In this document: piece after piece, positions 10,601 to 19,467 of the stretch | Layout: each line of letters begins with the position of its first letter | Position numbering within the stretch: the stretch's first letter is position 1 | Origin: Candidatus Lindowbacteria bacterium RIFCSPLOWO2_12_FULL_62_27 | GTDB lineage: Bacteria > Lindowbacteria > 2-12-FULL-62-27 | DNA: 64,000 bases | NCBI GenBank assembly: GCA_001784175.1 | Contig: MFPR01000040.1 | Location: forward strand, 44,955 to 108,954 | Reading direction: 5' to 3' | Program-made: the position numbers and the translations under genes | The notes under the pieces: model-generated | The model's input: only the letters and a program-made list of their open reading frames with translations | Databases searched by the model: none | What the model was told of the DNA's origin: nothing

Positions 10601-10780
10601 CAGCCGCTCGCCTTTACGGAAACACGCCGGCGGCTTCTTTACCCGGACAATGGCGAGCGCTACCCGTGCGCGGCCCGCGTGGTGAACACGAAAACCGGAG
10701 GTGAATTCATCCTCGTGCCTGCGTCGCTGGCGGCATCTCCGGCCGGACCTGAACTTCTGCAGAAACTCAGAATCCATTGA
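7634..10780 (+). CDS. six-hairpin (alpha/alpha)6 glycosidase-like protein (GDE_C/GH78/GH63-like region with a W-x-R-D motif) with a C-terminal GH2-N-like jelly-roll sugar-binding domain
   Basis: The ATG at 7634 overlaps the upstream stop (ATGA). N-terminal hydrophobic segment MILLAAGAVLLMM. Motif TAWLTRAVWRDYLLSGDRAF. C-terminal DFDDREWKPIRVPGWWEDHLG..GWGWYRTEF..ILDIGRIDDDDWIFVNG is the jelly-roll domain repeated across this window. It carries an in-frame PKSKIQN heptamer-repeat linker and an in-frame GSAPPAPQVPGSPTP element. Confidence 0.7.
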   Translation: MILLAAGAVLLMMETATSAIQFDRRAPEGLVGNGRSVVKVRPGGYEFFSGGKASGRIRVMIGGKRREIGAGDVRRSEFFPGGVIYSLNIDGVDLDVLHGALKEVAYVAAFRTRGTPPPDVQIDLESTETPAVSPSGRLDLSGKGGFLAVSTGSAPPAPQVPGSPTPADPSYSTNSWDDLRAAVEAPYLKGFQVRTPSPAVDRAARFCQFLLDLGFDGRLHVSELFRWRDIWSRDLGTGLAPGSLVGGRFDAARISIQYDLARYKAANPRGLRITEDASQGGSAEGTAWLTRAVWRDYLLSGDRAFLAEAAGTLRPWVRAWIDRDADEDGLVIDVTEWMDHSRFFLFPDGALGLYSNALFADLLGTFSKIEKELGDETAAAARLDALRRKTARAINDVLWNESAGAYDNLSIFGRNDQRLSSAENALAVLAGVAPPDRARRALQTVRDRNWRKAGSVTIAPAMTHVDDKNDQNVRVWPWWNAVEARARFRTGDTAGAVHLLEKCAATLEDEHYPGLIEELLTPEGVTEGGHAFLSAAGTFLDALYEGLLGIEILEAGCARIRVSPHTPDWKAWEAAVPLPGGDLSVSFADGVLRIRVTDPRVKVVEAPASAIVEGATRADFSVSPDPSESVFSESKIQNPKSKISDPKPRRAALFSEPGIPRSSAAGLPKQTINAEALLTLDPARTPALVIAGNALPRRTKSAGDVQNALARYLDGGGAIVFFGATMHDRGTMGEHGGVIDWYEHLPQLKYEPLAGWRFSISPDGPAAPQDKEHGLAKGWHRPDFDDREWKPIRVPGWWEDHLGRAQDGWGWYRTEFLLPESRKGKTVILDIGRIDDDDWIFVNGVPAGSDKGWQTRRLYHLKPGSPAHAALNFGGRNVVAVQVLDYGGGGGMHADPTKLAVETDEYSWQPINPKTGVVSEQPVRHGVVSWGPGGDFFNSWETSRGAFGFRIEGRNVSFDPEGPLKGLAPIAMTVHEAFTDFAVARPWQFQPLAFTETRRRLLYPDNGERYPCAARVVNTKTGGEFILVPASLAASPAGPELLQKLRIH
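8086..8134. repeat. second intragenic element family (CCGGGTCAGCGCCTCCGGCGCCCCAAGTGCCGGGGTCTCCGACGCCGGCC), in frame as ..GSAPPAPQVPGSPTPA..
   Basis: About 90% identical to 17636-17684. Partial copies at 14743-14764 and 27477-27504, all in the same translation frame. Confidence 0.8.
9530..9561. repeat. heptamer mini-element (CCAAAAT)x4, in frame as a ..SESKIQNPKSKIS.. linker
   Basis: aatccaaaatccaaaatccaaaatccaaaatc inside CDS 7634..10780. Confidence 0.9.
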
Positions 10781-10801
10781 AACGACAGGAGACGAATCCC
10801 T

Positions 10802-13800
10802 ATGAAAAATCTATGGCTGGTGCTTTTCATGACGTCGGTCGCTGCGGCCGTTGAGCCGGCTTCGGCAAAAACGGTTTCCGGAATCCCGGAGAGCCTCTCG
10901 GGGTACTGGTTCTACTGGTCCGACCCCGACGGGACCCTTCGGGCGACGGACATCCAGCAGAGGATGGCGCAGGGCGAGAAACGCAAGATGCTCATCCCAT
11001 CAAATTGGTCGAGGCACGATCGAGATTTACTGAATTACAACGGCGTCGTCTGGTTCGCCCGCGCGTTCAACGCCAAAAAACCACGGCTGACCGAGCGGCT
11101 CTTTCTGCAGTTTGACGGCGTCGATTACGAGGCGGACGTTTTCCTCAACGGCCGGCCGGTAGGACGGCACACCGGATATTTCGAGCCGTTTCGGATCAAC
11201 ATCACCGATACGGTCCAGGCGGGTGAGAACCTCCTGATCGTCCGCGTCAACAGCCCGAGGGACGAGGGATACGCCGACAAGAAAACTCTGATCAAGGGAA
11301 TCTTTGTTCATCACGACTGCCGCCCCGGGTCCAATTCCGGCCAGCAGAATCAGAACGAGCCCACCGGCGGCATCTGGGGAGATGTCCGGCTGGTCCGGAC
11401 GGGGCCGGTGGCGGTTGAGGGCGCGCGGATCATGACGGAACTCAAAGACGGCAAAGGCAGGATCACCGCGCGGTACCGGCTCCGCAACTACTCGGCCTCC
11501 ACGCAGTATCCGCGCCTGAATCTTTCCGTGGCCGGCAAAACCTTCGAGTCGACGCCGGTCAAGGGCCGCGCCAACGTCAAGATCAATCCCGGCGCGATGG
11601 AGGAAGCGGTCGTGACGCTGGACGTTCCCGACCCCCGCCTCTGGTGGACCTGGGACCACGGCCGGCCTGATCTCTATCGGGTCGTCGCCCAGCTCGTGTT
11701 CGAGGGCGTGGTGACGGAGACGCGCGAGGATGCGGTCGGGTTTCGGACCATCGAGTTCGACGAGAAGGCCCTCATCATGAAACTCAACGGCCGCCCCGTG
11801 TTTCACCGAGGTTCCAACTACATCGCGACGCAGTGGCTGGCCGGGTACGGCAGGGAACAGTTTCAAAAGGACATCGATCTCATGAAAGGCGCCAACCTTA
11901 ACTCGATTCGTGTCCACGCGCATGTTCTGCCCCACACGTTTTACGATCTCGCCGACGAGTCGGGCGTCCTCGTCTGGGCCGATTTCGCGCTCATCTGGGG
12001 ATACGACCCCTCCGAATCCTTCGCGCGCGATGCGCTCCGGCAGTACCGCGCGTTCATCGACGGCTGGTTTCACCATCCGTCCATCTGGCTCTGGTGCGCG
12101 CACAACGAAGGCAGCGCCAACGATCCGCTGAACATCCGGCTGGTCGAAATGGCCCGCAGTCTCGACCCCACGCGCGTGCACCTTAAAAACTCCGGCAAGT
12201 GGCCGCCCGGCCCGGGCGGCTGGGACGAACACGAGTATGCGGGGTGGTATGGGGGAAACTATTTGGAATTCGCGGACAAGCAGCATCAGTTCGTCACCGA
12301 ATACGGCGCCCAGGCTGCGCCGGCGGGCTTCGAAAAAATTCTCGCCTCGGGCCACCGCTGGCCGCCGGATCTGGACGACTGGCGTTACCATGATTTCCAG
12401 CTGACTGAAAATCTCCGGAACCTCGGCCCGCTGGAACTTTTCAACAGCGTCGCGGATTTTGTCGAAACCAGCCAGAAATACCAGTACGACCTGCTGAAAT
12501 TCTCGACAGAGGCGTATCGCCGGACAAAGTATCGCCCGCTCGGTGGCATCTACCACTTCATGTTCACCGAATGCTGGCCCGCCATGACCTGGGCGGTCGT
12601 CGATCACGAGCGCGCGCCCAAGCTCGGCTATCACGCGCTGCGCGACGCCATGGCGCCTGTGATTGTTTCTCTGGAAGTTCGCCGGCGCGAGGTTGCGCCG
12701 GGCGAAACGATTGATATCCCGGTCTGGGTCGTGTCCGACCTCGACGAACCCCTGAAGAACTGGCGCGTCCGGTTCGGCGTAGAGGGCGGCGAAGCGCAGA
12801 CATCGGAAGTCAGCTTGGGCGCGGACGCGGCCATGCAGGTCGCCGTTCTCAAAGTGACGGCGCCTGAAACGCCCGGCACGTCCGTTCGAATTTTCTCCGA
12901 ACTGTTTGACTCCGAATCCAAAATCCAAAATCCAAAATCCAAAATCTCAATGTCCGAGTGGGGTTTCGTCGTAAAGAGCGATCCCTTTCGGCTCGGCCAC
13001 TGGACCTTCCGCACCGGCGACGACATGGCTTGGGCGAAGGGCGACGCGGCGCCGGAGGGATTCAAGCCCATCAAGGTTCCCGGCAACTGGGAAAACGACG
13101 GGTATCCGGATTACGACGGATACGGCTGGTACCGCGCGACATTCGTCGTGCCGCCAGCGCACAAGGGAGAACTGCAACTCATGCTGGGGCCCGTCGACGA
13201 CGTGGACGAATTGTACGTCAACGGCGAGTTCGTGGGCCGGACGGGCCGGTTCCCGCCGAATTACGAGACGGCCTGGACCGCGGAACGCGCGTACATGATT
13301 CCGGAAAAATTGTTGCGGAAGGACCGCCCAAACGTGATCGCGATCCGCGTCTATGATTCTACCGGCGGCGGCGGGCCTTACAAGGGTCCCGTCAAACTGA
13401 TCGTTCCGGTCGGAGTCGATCTTGCGTCCGACCGGTGGCGGCTGAAACACGGGGACGATCCGGCGTGGAGCGATCCGGCCTTCAACGACAAGGATTGGAA
13501 ACGCGTCCGCGTGCCGCAGACGTGGGAGGGTACGCTGGGGGAAGTCGACGGATTTGGGTGGTATCGGTTGAAATTTGATGTCCCCCCCTCCGCGCTGCCG
13601 GCGGGCCCTCTGACGCTGACCATCGGCGCGGTCGATGACGTCGATGCGACGTATCTGAACGGCAAAAAAATCGGCCAGACCGGCGAGTTCCCGCCGTCGA
13701 CGGGCGGCGGCGCCACATGGACCACGATGCGGAGATACTTTTTGCCGAGAGACCTTTTGCGCGCGAAGGACAACGTCCTCGCGGTGCGCGTCTACGACGG

Positions 13801-13894
13801 CGGCGGTGGCGGCGGCATATGGCAGGGCCCGGTCCGCATCGACGCGATGGACGCGAGCCTCCGGTACCGGCCGGTGAGGGCCACGTACCCATGA
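10802..13894 (+). CDS. GH2-family glycoside hydrolase (beta-mannosidase/beta-galactosidase-like) with two C-terminal jelly-roll sugar-binding domains
   Basis: Signal peptide. GH2 N-terminal sugar-binding domain (VVWFARAF..LQFDGVDYEADVFLNGRPVG). TIM-barrel motifs WLWCAHNEGSANDP (acid/base NE) and FVTEYGAQA (nucleophile E). A PKSKIQN heptamer linker is followed by two GWYR jelly-roll repeats. Confidence 0.85.
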   Translation: MKNLWLVLFMTSVAAAVEPASAKTVSGIPESLSGYWFYWSDPDGTLRATDIQQRMAQGEKRKMLIPSNWSRHDRDLLNYNGVVWFARAFNAKKPRLTERLFLQFDGVDYEADVFLNGRPVGRHTGYFEPFRINITDTVQAGENLLIVRVNSPRDEGYADKKTLIKGIFVHHDCRPGSNSGQQNQNEPTGGIWGDVRLVRTGPVAVEGARIMTELKDGKGRITARYRLRNYSASTQYPRLNLSVAGKTFESTPVKGRANVKINPGAMEEAVVTLDVPDPRLWWTWDHGRPDLYRVVAQLVFEGVVTETREDAVGFRTIEFDEKALIMKLNGRPVFHRGSNYIATQWLAGYGREQFQKDIDLMKGANLNSIRVHAHVLPHTFYDLADESGVLVWADFALIWGYDPSESFARDALRQYRAFIDGWFHHPSIWLWCAHNEGSANDPLNIRLVEMARSLDPTRVHLKNSGKWPPGPGGWDEHEYAGWYGGNYLEFADKQHQFVTEYGAQAAPAGFEKILASGHRWPPDLDDWRYHDFQLTENLRNLGPLELFNSVADFVETSQKYQYDLLKFSTEAYRRTKYRPLGGIYHFMFTECWPAMTWAVVDHERAPKLGYHALRDAMAPVIVSLEVRRREVAPGETIDIPVWVVSDLDEPLKNWRVRFGVEGGEAQTSEVSLGADAAMQVAVLKVTAPETPGTSVRIFSELFDSESKIQNPKSKISMSEWGFVVKSDPFRLGHWTFRTGDDMAWAKGDAAPEGFKPIKVPGNWENDGYPDYDGYGWYRATFVVPPAHKGELQLMLGPVDDVDELYVNGEFVGRTGRFPPNYETAWTAERAYMIPEKLLRKDRPNVIAIRVYDSTGGGGPYKGPVKLIVPVGVDLASDRWRLKHGDDPAWSDPAFNDKDWKRVRVPQTWEGTLGEVDGFGWYRLKFDVPPSALPAGPLTLTIGAVDDVDATYLNGKKIGQTGEFPPSTGGGATWTTMRRYFLPRDLLRAKDNVLAVRVYDGGGGGGIWQGPVRIDAMDASLRYRPVRATYP
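12915..12946. repeat. heptamer mini-element (CCAAAAT)x4, in frame as a ..DSESKIQNPKSKIS.. linker
   Basis: Identical 32-nt array inside the GH2 CDS, between the catalytic part and the C-terminal jelly-roll domains. Confidence 0.9.
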
Positions 13895-14415
13895 AAAGCC
13901 GGAGATTTTGGATTTTGGATTTTGGATTTTGGATTTCAAACATTCCAAACATGATCTGGATCGTGCCGGCGCTCACGATCGGATGCGCCGCGCCGAAGGC
14001 CGATCTGCAGCGGCCCGACGTGACGATGCCCAAGCGCCTGGAAGTCGTCGGAGCGTCGGCGTCCGGCCAGGAGTCCGACGATGTGCGAGCGATGAATGCG
14101 TTCGACGGCGATGCGAAAACCCGCTGGTCGTCCCCGCATGCCGACCACCAGTGGCTGGTGGCGGATCTCGGGTCGGACCGCACCGTGATCGGTGTCAAGC
14201 TCGTGTGGGAGGCCGCGTTCGGAGAGGAGTATCGCGTGGAGGGATCCTTGAACAACGAGGATTGGTCCAAACTCGCAACGGTCCGGGGCGGGGACGGCGA
14301 GGAGGACCAGATCGAGTTTCGCCCGGCCAAGCTGCGGTACCTGCGGATCAACTGTGTCCGCCGCGGCACGGAGTATGGATTTTCCCTGTATGAGGTCCAA
14401 GTCTGGGGATTTTAA
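13891..14415 (+). CDS. small secreted/lipoprotein-like single F5/8 type C (discoidin) domain protein
   Basis: The ATG at 13891 overlaps the upstream stop (ATGA). N-terminus MKSRRFWILDFGFWISNIPNMIWIVPALTIGC (heptamer element plus signal/lipobox-like segment). Discoidin motifs NAFDGDAKTRWSS..HQWLVADLG..GFSLYEVQVWGF. Confidence 0.7.
   Translation: MKSRRFWILDFGFWISNIPNMIWIVPALTIGCAAPKADLQRPDVTMPKRLEVVGASASGQESDDVRAMNAFDGDAKTRWSSPHADHQWLVADLGSDRTVIGVKLVWEAAFGEEYRVEGSLNNEDWSKLATVRGGDGEEDQIEFRPAKLRYLRINCVRRGTEYGFSLYEVQVWGF
13904..13936. repeat. heptamer mini-element (GATTTTG)x4.7, opposite orientation, at codons 4-15 of CDS 13891..14415 (RFWILDFGFWI)
   Basis: gattttggattttggattttggattttggattt starts 10 nt after the start codon. 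Confidence 0.9.
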
Positions 14416-14431
14416 AAAACATGTGCGCCAT

Positions 14432-14543
14432 TCACCTCCTCTCCCCCCGCAGGGGGGAGAGGATTGAGGTGAGGGGGGTGGCCGGCGTCGATAAAATCCT
14501 GCCACCCTCACCCCAACCCTCTCCCGCCAGAGGCGGGAGAGGG
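14432..14543. repeat. two tandem GGGAGAGG-family hairpin elements in opposite orientations (CCTCTCCCCCC gca GGGGGGAGAGG, and CCCTCTCCCGCC aga GGCGGGAGAGGG preceded by CACCCTCACCCCAACC)
   Basis: They fill the 146-bp gap between CDS 13891..14415 and the ATG at 14562. They are also in frame with the ATG at 14421. Confidence 0.85.
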
Positions 14544-14561
14544 GGGACACAGTTGCGAAAC

Positions 14562-17500
14562 ATGATATTTTGGAGTCTGAGCTGTCTCCTCCTGTCATCG
14601 GCCACGGTCGCGGACGCGGTCGAGTCGCTCCGGAACGTGTCGCTGTCCGCCAAGCCAACCGCGTCTTCTCAGTTCGATGCCGCGTCGGGCCCGCGCAACG
14701 CCATCGATGCGTCGCGGCGATCCACCTGGATCCCCGCGACCGCCGGGTCAGCGCCTCCGGCCGGAGAGGAGTGGCTGCTCCTTGAATTCGACCGCGAGGA
14801 AAACCTGCGGCGCGCGGTCCTGAACTGGGAGTTTTCCCTCAAGGCGAACTGGCGCATCGAAATTTTGCGCGGCGGGATGTGGACCGAAGCGGCGCGCGGC
14901 GTCAAGGACGGAACCGCAACGCGGATCGTCGAACTTGGAGGAAAGCGCGCGGACAAGGTGAAGCTCGTCTGCTCGGGCGCCACGCCCATGGCCTGCTCGC
15001 TGGCGGACTTCCAAGTCTGGGCGGTCGAATCGGATGTGTTTGGCGGGACGTTGGAACCGGCGGCACCGGCGCCGCCAAAATCTGAACCGGCGAAACCCCA
15101 GCCGTCCGCACCAGTCCCTGTCTTCGTCCCCGTTCCGGCGCCACCCAAGCCTCCGAAACCCGCTCCTCCACCACCGGCCGTTCCGAAACGCGAACCGGCG
15201 CCGATCCTGTCCCGGGTTCAGGCTCCGTCCAAACTCCTCGCGCCCCCGCCGCCGGCCGCAAAGAAAGCGAGCGCGCCCAGCCCCAGCCCGATTTTGCCGA
15301 TCCCTTCTCCGGTTTCTCCCCCCTTTACAAGGGGGGATCAAGGGGGGTCCGGTCTCGGGTCACGGCCGCCGGCCGACGTTCGGCCGCATCTCACGACGCT
15401 TGTAGAATCGTTTGACAATATATTGGAAAGCGTGCCCTTGGGCGCCGCGCCGGTGGCGGAGGCGTCCGAAGGCTGCGTGATGCAGGGCGCCGTGACGGGT
15501 GGCGGCTGGGGCCGGGGCGGAAGGGGCGAGGCGTACCGGGCGCGGTTCGTGGTCGTGCCGGACGGCGTCGCGACGCTGAGCCAGAAATTGAAATCGTCGG
15601 CCCCGAGCGGATGGTCGGAACTCTCCTTCTGGGTCAGAGGGTCATGGGCGGCCGGCGCCCCGCTCGAAGTCGTTCTCGCGGACGACGCAAACCAACAGGC
15701 GGCCTTGGCGGCGCCCGGAACGGAAGGCGGCAGTGCGCTCTGGCGCCAGATTAAAATCCCAGCCGGCGCCGTCAAGAAAATCAATCGCGACCGCATCAAG
15801 TCCTATATCCTCCGGTTCACGCCGGCGCATCAGGCGGGAGAAGTCTACATCGACGACATTTATCTCCACGGCGGCGCCGCACCGGGGAAGCCCCGCTCCT
15901 CCGCGGCGGATCCAAAGAAGGCTTCCGCCTCCATCTCTCCAGAACCTCCGGCCTCTATCCCTGTTTCCGACCTCGATCCGCCAGAATCTAAAATCCAAAA
16001 TCCAAAATCCAAAATCTCAAATGTTTTACCGGAGGTTCGCCCCTTCACCTACGACCCCAAAGACCGGCAGGCGGTCCACGAGATGCTGTTGGCGGCCGCC
16101 ATGAACGACCCGAAAACATCGGAGGGCCTCTCGGACGACGAATTTCTTGATCTGGTCGAACGCCGCGCGTTTTTGTATTTCTGGTATGGCGCCAATCCCG
16201 AAAACGGGATCACGCTGGATGGCGCGAAAAACTGGAAACCGGACGATGACCTCGACTGGAATTCGATCGCGGCGGTCGGGTTCGGCCTCACCGCCATCTG
16301 CATCGGCGCCGAACGCGGGTGGATCTCCAAAGAGATGGCTTACGAGCGGTGCCGCGTGACGCTCGACGCCTACTTGAACAAAATACAGAACAACCACGGG
16401 TTTTATTATCATTTCACCAATCGCAAGGGCATGAACGACCGCAATACCGAGCTTTCGTCGATCGACTCCCTCCTCATGTTTTGCGGGATGCTCTTCGCCG
16501 CTGAGTATTTCAAGAGCACGGAGGTCGAGAAAATGGCCCGGCAGATTTTTGAGCGGGTCGACTGGCGGTGGATGCACGACAACCGTAAGTTCGCGTCAAT
16601 GGCGGTGGACCCCGGCGGTAAATTTAATCCCGCAAGCTGGGACCGGCACTGCGAAGGGCAGATCCTGTCCATCCTCGAACTCGGGCATCCCCAAAACATG
16701 CCGACAGACCTCTGGTTCGACATGCCGGAACAATACGGCACATATCGGGGGTACCGCAGCCTCAACCAGGGGCCGCTCTTTACGTTTCAGTTTCCGTCCA
16801 ACTGGATCGATTTCAGGGACCGCAACGACGGGGCCGTCAATTTCTGGGAGAACGGGATCGAAGCGACGCTGGCCAACCGCTTTTACGCCATTGAAAAAAT
16901 GCCTGAACGCAAGGGGTACGGCCCGAACTCGTGGGGATTCACCGCCGGCGATTTCCCCGGCGGATACCATGCGTTTGCCGCTCCGCCCTCTTATCCGGGC
17001 GAGGACGGCACCGTCACGATCAACGCGGCGGGCGGATCTGTCATATTCACGCCGCATCTGTCCACCCAGGCGCTCCGATGGATGTACGACAACCTGCACG
17101 ACAAAGTCTGGGGCAAGTACGGGTTTACGGACGGATACAACCTCGACAAGAACTGGTCCTGCGACCGCGTGATCGGGATTGGCACAGGACCCGTTCTCCT
17201 CTCCATTGAAAATCACCGCACCGGATTCGTCTGGAAATATTTCATGCAGAACGACTATGTCAAACGCGGCATGGAACGCGTTGGCTTTAAGGACGAGCCG
17301 CGCCGGACCGCCAAAGCCCGGCCGCTGGACCTTGCCGGATACTGGAAATGGAAACCCGGCGACAACAAAACGTGGAGCAAGCCCGAGGTCGACGACTCCG
17401 GCTGGCGCGACATGTACGCGCCCGACAAGTGGGAAGTACAGCTCACGCAGGACGGCGACCGCAAGATGGCCGAGTACGACGGGTTCGGCTGGTACCGCCG

Positions 17501-17867
17501 CCGCTTCACCGTGCCGCTGGATACGTGGGAATCCTGGAAAGGTCAGGACCTGTTTTTCCACGCCGGCGCGATCGACGACGCCGACGAGGTCTTCCTGAAC
17601 GGCGAGAAGATCGGTTCGACCGGATCGATGTCCGCCGGGTCAGCGTCTCCGACGCCCCAAGTGTCGGCGTCTCCGACGCCGACCGGCGGGGAGAGCGCTT
17701 GGGAAAAACCGCGCAAGTACGCAGTCCCGCGCAAGCTCGTCAAGGTCGGCGAAGACAACGTGATCGCCGTGCGTGTCTTCGACGCCGCCGGCGGCGGCGG
17801 CCTCTGGATGCGCCCGGTCGAGCTGGGCCCGTTCCTGCCGCTCGATTTCAAACCCTGGAAGCTATAA
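14562..17867 (+). CDS. secreted multidomain glycoside hydrolase: discoidin-like domain, Pro-rich linkers, CBM-like domain, GH144-like (alpha/alpha)6 catalytic domain and a C-terminal jelly-roll domain
   Basis: Signal peptide MIFWSLSCLLLSSATVADA at the ATG at 14562. An in-frame ATG at 14421 would add a 47-aa extension made entirely of two hairpin repeat elements, and this start remains possible. Catalytic motifs LSDDEFLDLVERRAFLYFWYG and IENHRTGFVWKYFMQ. An 80-residue P/A/K-rich linker. In-frame PKSKIQN linker, CCCCCCTT/AAGGGGGG hairpin and GSASPTPQVSASPTP element. Confidence 0.75.
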   Translation: MIFWSLSCLLLSSATVADAVESLRNVSLSAKPTASSQFDAASGPRNAIDASRRSTWIPATAGSAPPAGEEWLLLEFDREENLRRAVLNWEFSLKANWRIEILRGGMWTEAARGVKDGTATRIVELGGKRADKVKLVCSGATPMACSLADFQVWAVESDVFGGTLEPAAPAPPKSEPAKPQPSAPVPVFVPVPAPPKPPKPAPPPPAVPKREPAPILSRVQAPSKLLAPPPPAAKKASAPSPSPILPIPSPVSPPFTRGDQGGSGLGSRPPADVRPHLTTLVESFDNILESVPLGAAPVAEASEGCVMQGAVTGGGWGRGGRGEAYRARFVVVPDGVATLSQKLKSSAPSGWSELSFWVRGSWAAGAPLEVVLADDANQQAALAAPGTEGGSALWRQIKIPAGAVKKINRDRIKSYILRFTPAHQAGEVYIDDIYLHGGAAPGKPRSSAADPKKASASISPEPPASIPVSDLDPPESKIQNPKSKISNVLPEVRPFTYDPKDRQAVHEMLLAAAMNDPKTSEGLSDDEFLDLVERRAFLYFWYGANPENGITLDGAKNWKPDDDLDWNSIAAVGFGLTAICIGAERGWISKEMAYERCRVTLDAYLNKIQNNHGFYYHFTNRKGMNDRNTELSSIDSLLMFCGMLFAAEYFKSTEVEKMARQIFERVDWRWMHDNRKFASMAVDPGGKFNPASWDRHCEGQILSILELGHPQNMPTDLWFDMPEQYGTYRGYRSLNQGPLFTFQFPSNWIDFRDRNDGAVNFWENGIEATLANRFYAIEKMPERKGYGPNSWGFTAGDFPGGYHAFAAPPSYPGEDGTVTINAAGGSVIFTPHLSTQALRWMYDNLHDKVWGKYGFTDGYNLDKNWSCDRVIGIGTGPVLLSIENHRTGFVWKYFMQNDYVKRGMERVGFKDEPRRTAKARPLDLAGYWKWKPGDNKTWSKPEVDDSGWRDMYAPDKWEVQLTQDGDRKMAEYDGFGWYRRRFTVPLDTWESWKGQDLFFHAGAIDDADEVFLNGEKIGSTGSMSAGSASPTPQVSASPTPTGGESAWEKPRKYAVPRKLVKVGEDNVIAVRVFDAAGGGGLWMRPVELGPFLPLDFKPWKL
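14743..14764. repeat. partial copy (5' 22 nt) of the second element family, in frame as ..TAGSAPPAGE..
   Basis: ccgggtcagcgcctccggccgg. Confidence 0.6.
15316..15350. repeat. variant hairpin element CCCCCCTT tac AAGGGGGG plus ATCAAGGGGGGTCC, in frame (..SPPFTRGDQGGSG..)
   Basis: An 8-bp perfect stem inside the Pro-rich linker of CDS 14562..17867. Confidence 0.7.
15985..16016. repeat. heptamer mini-element (CCAAAAT)x4 (first unit CTAAAAT), in frame as a ..PPESKIQNPKSKIS.. linker
   Basis: Inside CDS 14562..17867, between the Pro-rich region and the catalytic domain. Confidence 0.9.
17636..17684. repeat. second intragenic element family, in frame as ..GSASPTPQVSASPTPT.., interrupting a jelly-roll domain relative to its paralogs
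   Basis: Paralogous domains have ..TGRFPPNYETAW.. or ..TGEFPPSTGGGATW.. where this copy has TGSMSAGSASPTPQVSASPTPTGGESAW. Confidence 0.8.
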
Positions 17868-17870
17868 ATC

Positions 17871-18407
17871 GTGGAACCGAAAACTTGGGGCGTGAGCGTG
17901 ATTGTTGCGCTCCTCATGAACATCCTGGGTCTTGGCGCCGGGCTTGAGCCGCCCCGGTATGAGATGTCACTCGAAGGGCAGTGGAAGCTGTCGGCGGGGG
18001 ACAACTACGAATGGAAATCGCCCGAGTTCAATGATGAGAGCTGGAAAAACGCGCAGGTGCCCGCCGCTTGGGAGTCCCAGGGGCTGACCGATTACAACGG
18101 ATACGGCTGGTACCGCTACACGTTCGTCGTTCCCAAAGAGTGGGAAAAAACGGCGCGTGGGTTCATCCTCGACGCGGGACAGATCGACGACGAGGACATC
18201 ACGTTCGTGAACGGCCATGACGTCGGCTCCTCCTCGGGCTGGGACGTGTCCCGGTCCTACGGCGTCCCCAAATCTCTCATCAAGTTCGGCGAAAAAAATG
18301 TGATCGCCATCCGCGTCTACGACCGCACCGGCGGCGGCGGGATCCACAAAGGCCCGGTGAAGCTACGCAGCGGCGTCGTCGGCCGGTTCGACGTCGAAGG
18401 CTATTGA
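17871..18407 (+). CDS. small secreted stand-alone jelly-roll (GH2-N-like sugar-binding) domain protein, paralog 1
   Basis: 178 aa. Signal peptide, then ..KSPEFNDESWKNAQVPAAWESQGLTDYNGYGWYRYTFVVP..ILDAGQIDDEDITFVNG..IAIRVYDRTGGGG. About 75% identical to the product of 19468..20001. Confidence 0.7.
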   Translation: MEPKTWGVSVIVALLMNILGLGAGLEPPRYEMSLEGQWKLSAGDNYEWKSPEFNDESWKNAQVPAAWESQGLTDYNGYGWYRYTFVVPKEWEKTARGFILDAGQIDDEDITFVNGHDVGSSSGWDVSRSYGVPKSLIKFGEKNVIAIRVYDRTGGGGIHKGPVKLRSGVVGRFDVEGY

Positions 18408-18507
18408 TGTTTGGATTTCCCGTCAGTCCTTGGGTGTGGAGATAGATCAATCGTTTCGATCGTTTCTGAACACAAGTTCAGAAAAATAAAGTAGGAGGTG
18501 ATTCCAG

Positions 18508-19341
18508 ATGAGAGTAGTTATTTGTTGTCTTATGCTTGTTGCAGTTTTATCCGTGACAGCGTTTGCGGTCGATGTATTCTACGACGATGTATTAATTTCA
18601 GGTTCAACAGGATTTAACGCACCTGGAGAAACTGCCACTTTGTACCTAGGAGATTTCAATAACAGAGTGAATGCTGTTTGGGGATCTGGTTTGCGTTTTT
18701 CCGCATACAATGCGGAAGACCTACTTGTGTTAAATGAAGTAACGGGCAATGTGGGTATCGGGACAGTCTCTCCACAACATAAAATTCATGTTTTCGATGA
18801 CACCAATCCCCGAATTGAGATCGAGGCCAAGTCGGGTATCGTCCCGCTCAGTTCCGAATTGAACCTTGTCACACAACAAGGGGACAGCCCCGCAAAATTT
18901 GTCAATCTCTTTGCAGACGAGCAAGGGAAATTCGGCATTTGGACCGGAGGGCCGGGTGGTGCAGGCTCCACAAAGCTGACTTTGACCTCACAGGGGGACC
19001 TAGATGTTACAGGAAAGATCAACAGCGGGAGTAAAGGCTTGGTCTACTCCACGACAACAGGTTTGAAGAAAATGGTGACTACATCCGTCAGCGTCAACAC
19101 AAGTATTTCAGGTGGCTCCTCGGGTGGCGCTCCTGCGACTGTGTCCTTTAATTTCTCTGAATCGTTTTCAGGAACACCTGTCGCTTGGGTTGGAGATATC
19201 ACTGCTGGATTACCAAGTTTTTTCATTTTCACTCTCAAAGATGTCACCAGTACCGGTGGAACGCTCTCTATATCGAATCCAACATCTAGCTCCGCAACGT
19301 GTAATGTGACCATAAGAATCGTGGCGTTGGGTTCAGAGTGA
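18508..19341 (+). CDS. secreted tail-fibre-like protein with a C-terminal H-type-lectin-like domain (low-GC gene)
   Basis: Shine-Dalgarno-like AGGAGG 8 nt upstream. Signal peptide MRVVICCLMLVAVLSVTAFA. Motif GNVGIGTVSPQHKIHV, typical of tail-fibre-like proteins. The C-terminus ..VSFNFSESFSGTPVAWVGDIT..IFTLKDVTSTGGTL..CNVTIRIVALG fits an H-type lectin pattern. GC content is clearly below the surrounding genes. Confidence 0.55.
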   Translation: MRVVICCLMLVAVLSVTAFAVDVFYDDVLISGSTGFNAPGETATLYLGDFNNRVNAVWGSGLRFSAYNAEDLLVLNEVTGNVGIGTVSPQHKIHVFDDTNPRIEIEAKSGIVPLSSELNLVTQQGDSPAKFVNLFADEQGKFGIWTGGPGGAGSTKLTLTSQGDLDVTGKINSGSKGLVYSTTTGLKKMVTTSVSVNTSISGGSSGGAPATVSFNFSESFSGTPVAWVGDITAGLPSFFIFTLKDVTSTGGTLSISNPTSSSATCNVTIRIVALGSE

Positions 19342-19393
19342 AGCATTCCACATATTATTGATAGCTGTTAGAGCGTTTGGTTTGCCTTAAATT

Positions 19394-19424
19394 ATCCCTC
19401 TCCCGTCCTATGCGGGAGAGGGAT
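19394..19424. repeat. GGGAGAGG-family hairpin (ATCCCTCTCCCG tcctatg CGGGAGAGGGAT), intergenic, terminator-like
   Basis: A 12-bp perfect stem between the lectin-like gene and paralog 2; followed by AAAAGGGG rather than a T-run. Confidence 0.7.
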
Positions 19425-19467
19425 AAAAGGGGAATGGATATGACAAGAAGGGAGGGACTTTATAGAT